Assembly (NCBI GenBank): GCA_964016885.1 | Contig: OZ024744.1 | Coordinates: 94,488,001-94,552,000, forward strand | Source of the DNA: Eledone cirrhosa | Lineage: Eukaryota | Direction: 5' to 3' | DNA: 64,000 bases | Part shown: positions 61,601 to 64,000 of the stretch, piece by piece | Layout: each line of letters opens with the position of its first letter | How positions within the stretch are numbered: position 1 is the stretch's first letter | Made by a program: the position numbers and the translations under genes | The notes under the pieces: model-generated | Databases searched by the model: none | Told to the model about the DNA's origin: nothing | Seen by the model: the letters and a program-made list of their open reading frames with translations, nothing else

Positions 61601-64000
61601 GTGTGGACTACCTGATGGTATATGGGTAAGATAGAAGGTACCTTTATAATACAATGGTAATCCCAGGTGTGCAAGGTGTTACACAATACCATTTAGTTGT
61701 CAACTGTGGACTACCTGATGGTATATGGGCAAGATAGAAGGTACCTTTATAATACAATGGTAATCCCAGGTGTGCAAGGTGTTACACAATACCATTTAGT
61801 TGTCAACTGTTGACTACCTGATGGTATATGGGCAAGATAGAAGGTACCTTTGTAATACAATGGTAATCCCAGGTGTGCAAGGTGTTACACAATACCATTT
61901 AGTTGTCAACTGTTGACTACCTGATGGTATATGGGCAAGATAGGAGGTACCTTTGTAATACAATGGTAATCCCAGGTGTGCAAGGTGTTACACAATACCA
62001 TTTAGTTGTCAACTGTTGACTACCTGGTGGTATATGGGCAAGATAGGAGGTACCTTTGTCATACAATGGTAATCCCAGGTGTGCAAGGTGTTACACAATA
62101 CTATTTAGTTGTCAACTGTTGACTACCTGATGGTATATGGGCAAGATAGAAGGTACCTTTGTAATACAATGGTAATCCCAGGTGTGCAAGGTGTTACACA
62201 ATACCATTTAGTTGTCAACTGTTGACTACCTGATGGTATATGGGCAAGATAGGAGGTACCTTTGTAATACAATGGTAATCCCAGGTGTGCAAGGTGTTAC
62301 ACAATACCATTTAGTTGTCAACTGTGGACTACCTGATGGTATATGGGCAAGATAGGAGGTACCTTTGTAATACAATGGTAATCCCAGGTGTGCAAGGTGT
62401 TACACAATACCATTTAGTTGTCAACTGTGGACTACCTGATGGTATATGGGCAAGATAGGAGGTACCTTTGGTAATCCCAGGGATGTGTGGACTACCTGAT
62501 GGTATATGGGCAAGATAGGAGGTACCTTTGTAATACAATGGTAATCCCAGGTGTGCAAGGTGTTACACAATACCATTTAGTTGTCAACTGTTGACTACCT
62601 GATGGTATATGGGCAAGATAGGAGGTACCTTTGTAATACAATGGTAATCCCAGGTGTGCAAGGTGTTACACAATACCATTTAGTTGTCAACTGTTGACTA
62701 CCTGATGGTATATGGGCAAGATAGAAGGTACCTTTGTAATACAATGGTAATCCCAGGTGTGCAAGGTGTTACACAATACCATTTAGTTGTCAACTGTTGA
62801 CTACCTGATGGTATATGGGCAAGATAGGAGGTACCTTTGTAATACAATGGTAATCCCAGGTGTGCAAGGTGTTACACAATACCATTTAGTTGTCAACTGT
62901 GGACTACCTGATGGTATATGGGCAAGATAGGAGGTACCTTTGTAATACAATGGTAATCCCAGGTGTGCAAGGTGTTACACAATACCATTTAGTTGTCAAC
63001 TGTTGACTACCTGGTGGTATATGGGCAAGATAGGAGGTACCTTTGTCATACAATGGTAATCCCAGGTGTGCAAGGTGTTACACAATACCATTTAGTTGTC
63101 AACTGTTGACTACCTGATGGTATATGGGCAAGATAGGAGGTACCTTTGTAATACAATGGTAATCCCAGGTGTGCAAGGTGTTACACAATACTATTTAGTT
63201 GTCAACTGTTGACTACCTGATGGTATATGGGCAAGATAGGAGGTACCTTTGTAATACAATGGTAATCCCAGGTGTGCAAGGTGTTACACAATACCATTTA
63301 GTTGTCAACTGTGGACTACCTGATGGTATATGGGCAAGATAGGAGGTACCTTTGTAATACAATGGTAATCCCAGGTGTGCAAGGTGTTACACAATACCAT
63401 TTAGTTGTCAACTGTGGACTACCTGATGGTATATGAGCAAGATAGGAGGTACCTTTGTAATACAATGGTAATCCCAGGTGTGCAAGGTGTTACACAATAC
63501 TATTTAGTTGTCAACTGTTGACTACCTGATGGTATATGGGCAAGATAGGAGGTACCTTTGTAATACAATGGTAATCCCAGGTGTGCAAGGTGTTACACAA
63601 TACCATTTAGTTGTCAACTGTGGACTACCTGATGGTATATGGGCAAGATAGGAGGTACCTTTGTAATACAATGGTAATCCCAGGTGTGCAAGGTGTTACA
63701 CAATACCATTTAGTTGTCAACTGTGCACTACCTGATGGTATATGAGCAAGATAGGAGGTACCTTTGTAATACAATGGTAATCCCAGGTGTGCAAGGTGTT
63801 ACACAATACTATTTAGTTGTCAACTGTGGACTACCTGATGGTATATGGGCAAGATAGGAGGTACCTTTGTAATACAATGGTAATCCCAGGTGTGCAAGGT
63901 GTTACACAATACCATTTAGTTGTCAACTGTGGACTACCTGATGGTATATGGGCAAGATAGAAGGAACCTTTGTAATACAATGGTAATCCCAGGAGTGTGT
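61533..64000. repeat. 103-bp satellite (~24 copies, runs off the window end) derived from the end of the RTE endonuclease domain
   Basis: Unit gactacctgatggtatatgggcaagataggaggtacctttgtaatacaatggtaatcccaggtgtgcaaggtgttacacaataccatttagttgtcaactgtt; starts at 62121 and 62224. Confidence 0.95.

Noticed and set aside
1-64000. CRISPR-like arrays (48, 57, 33 and 103 bp)
   Set aside because: The units are head-to-tail with no unique spacers, there are no cas genes, and the context is eukaryotic.

Overview
AT-rich, microsatellite- and transposon-dense animal genomic DNA. The SINE/RTE/MITE families and the (TA)n load suggest an octopod cephalopod, which is an inference. One intact gene is present: a six-coding-exon CNOT7/CAF1 deadenylase (+, 20050..35824, 303 aa, DEDDh site intact) whose third coding intron has a GC donor. 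It probably shares a divergent promoter (NRF1 and CRE-like sites) with an unidentified minus-strand gene whose first exon looks like a mitochondrial presequence. Other content: a full-length but dead 6.75-kb Helitron plus non-autonomous relatives; many RTE LINE pieces; CR1, mariner, hAT and pogo remnants; TTAA MITEs; tRNA-type SINEs. Most notable: four tandem arrays, each grown from a different piece of a transposon; a candidate HDV-like ribozyme in an RTE 5' UTR; a hammerhead ribozyme core inside a perfect 54-bp inverted repeat (Penelope-like); one MITE TTAA site hit by three independent insertions; and recurrent (TA)n-centred fold-back palindromes. Most long ORFs in the supplied track are repeat artefacts. 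All structures were derived by eye.
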